This document shows positions 63,340-64,000 of a stretch of 64,000 bases of DNA, in pieces. How positions within the stretch are numbered: position 1 is the first letter of the stretch; the number at the start of each line of letters is the position of its first letter. Both the position numbers and the translations under genes were made by a program. Source of the stretch: Perkinsela sp. CCAP 1560/9 (lineage: Eukaryota; Protista; Euglenozoa: Kinetoplastea); the NCBI GenBank assembly GCA_965644495.1, contig CBFFSA010000008.1, forward strand, positions 248,001 to 312,000, in the 5' to 3' direction. The notes under the pieces are model-generated. The model saw only the letters and a list, made by a program, of their open reading frames with translations. It did no database searches and was not told the DNA's origin.

Positions 63340-64000
63340 AACCCCCCTAGGCCCACCGGAAGCCTACCCCCCCCCCCCCCTTGGTCCTACCCCCGAACCC
63401 CGCAGCGGTACCAGTCCTGTACCGCCGCCTGCACAATCTGGGCATTCCCTCTCTGGATGGCCACCCCGATGGCCATTAAGAGATGGGCGAGACACCCATT
63501 CTTGTCCGATGAGTGGGCCCGGGCCACCTTGTTGAGGAAGGTCAAGGTTTCTGGGCCCGGGATCCCGTACGTGGAGAAGGCCAGAGGGTGGAATTCCATG
63601 CCCCTCACCAGCGCCATCTCCTCATGAGAGCGCCTTTTGTTGGCCTGAGCCATCCTCAGCGTGTGAGATGGCTCCGCGGCCTCCTTCTCCACGTACGACG
63701 GGGCCAGTGGGTTCACAACTGTGACGTCAACCAGGACGATCTTCCGTCCCAGCTGGAAACAGATGTCTGGCCCCCGTCCATTGTCGAACCTCGGCTCGTG
63801 GAGGTCCGGGTTGAACCCATAATGGACCAAGAGGTTCCGAAACGTCTCTTTGACGTTTTCTCTTTGACTGAGTTTTCCCCTTCACCTTCTTGCAGTCCAG
63901 TGCGTGTACGCAAAACTCCTCATTGCTGAGGGTTGCACCGCACACGCACTGGAGCTCAGGCTCCGAGGTCGGGGCGACCAGGTACCGGAGGCGGGCCGCA
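63340..64000 (-). mobile_element. 3' end of a CRE/SLACS-like non-LTR retrotransposon (zinc knuckle plus restriction-like endonuclease), frameshifted
   Basis: AARLRY...CVCG...HALDC, frameshift ~63856-63862, then EPRF...GPDI...VDVTVVNP...ANKRR...FHPLAFSTYG...VAIQRGNA with stop at 63387. GC-rich; truncated by the window edge. Confidence 0.88.

Noticed and set aside
63200-63340. Spliced-leader RNA gene at the retrotransposon junction
   Set aside because: No AACTAA...CAGTTTCTGTA-like exon sequence is visible on either strand.
1-64000. Non-standard genetic code (stop-codon reassignment)
   Set aside because: Conserved genes are full length in the standard code and end in TAA, TAG or TGA.

Overview
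Eukaryotic, intron-free, gene-dense DNA in which every credible protein-coding gene (~36) lies on the minus strand. This is a kinetoplastid-style directional (polycistronic) gene cluster. The uS8/RPS15a and Aurora kinase sequences look kinetoplastid. The compact spacing and divergence suggest a non-trypanosomatid lineage such as Perkinsela (inference only). The genetic code is standard. Most genes are housekeeping: ASF1, NTMT1, RPS15a, MAPKK, cullin, Aurora kinase, PIG-X, METTL5, TDP1, Derlin, K+ channel, WDR43, NOA1, SHQ1, RPT4, SERCA, p24, a RAD51 paralogue and PepN. The most striking feature is the mobile DNA. (1) A 2,940-bp pogo-like DNA transposon (14450-17389) has perfect 27-bp TIRs and TA target duplications; its DD30D transposase is fused to a C-terminal Ulp1/SENP-like cysteine protease and is split by a +1 frameshift. 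(2) A degenerate non-autonomous relative and two further TA-flanked MITE families are present. (3) A ~1-kb non-coding tract is built of long stem-loops. (4) The 3' end of a CRE-like RLE retrotransposon is not flanked by a spliced-leader gene. Also notable are a bacterial-type DUF2779/Cas4-like nuclease with a mitochondrial-looking N-terminus and an alpha/beta hydrolase carrying 52 in-frame 36-bp repeats.
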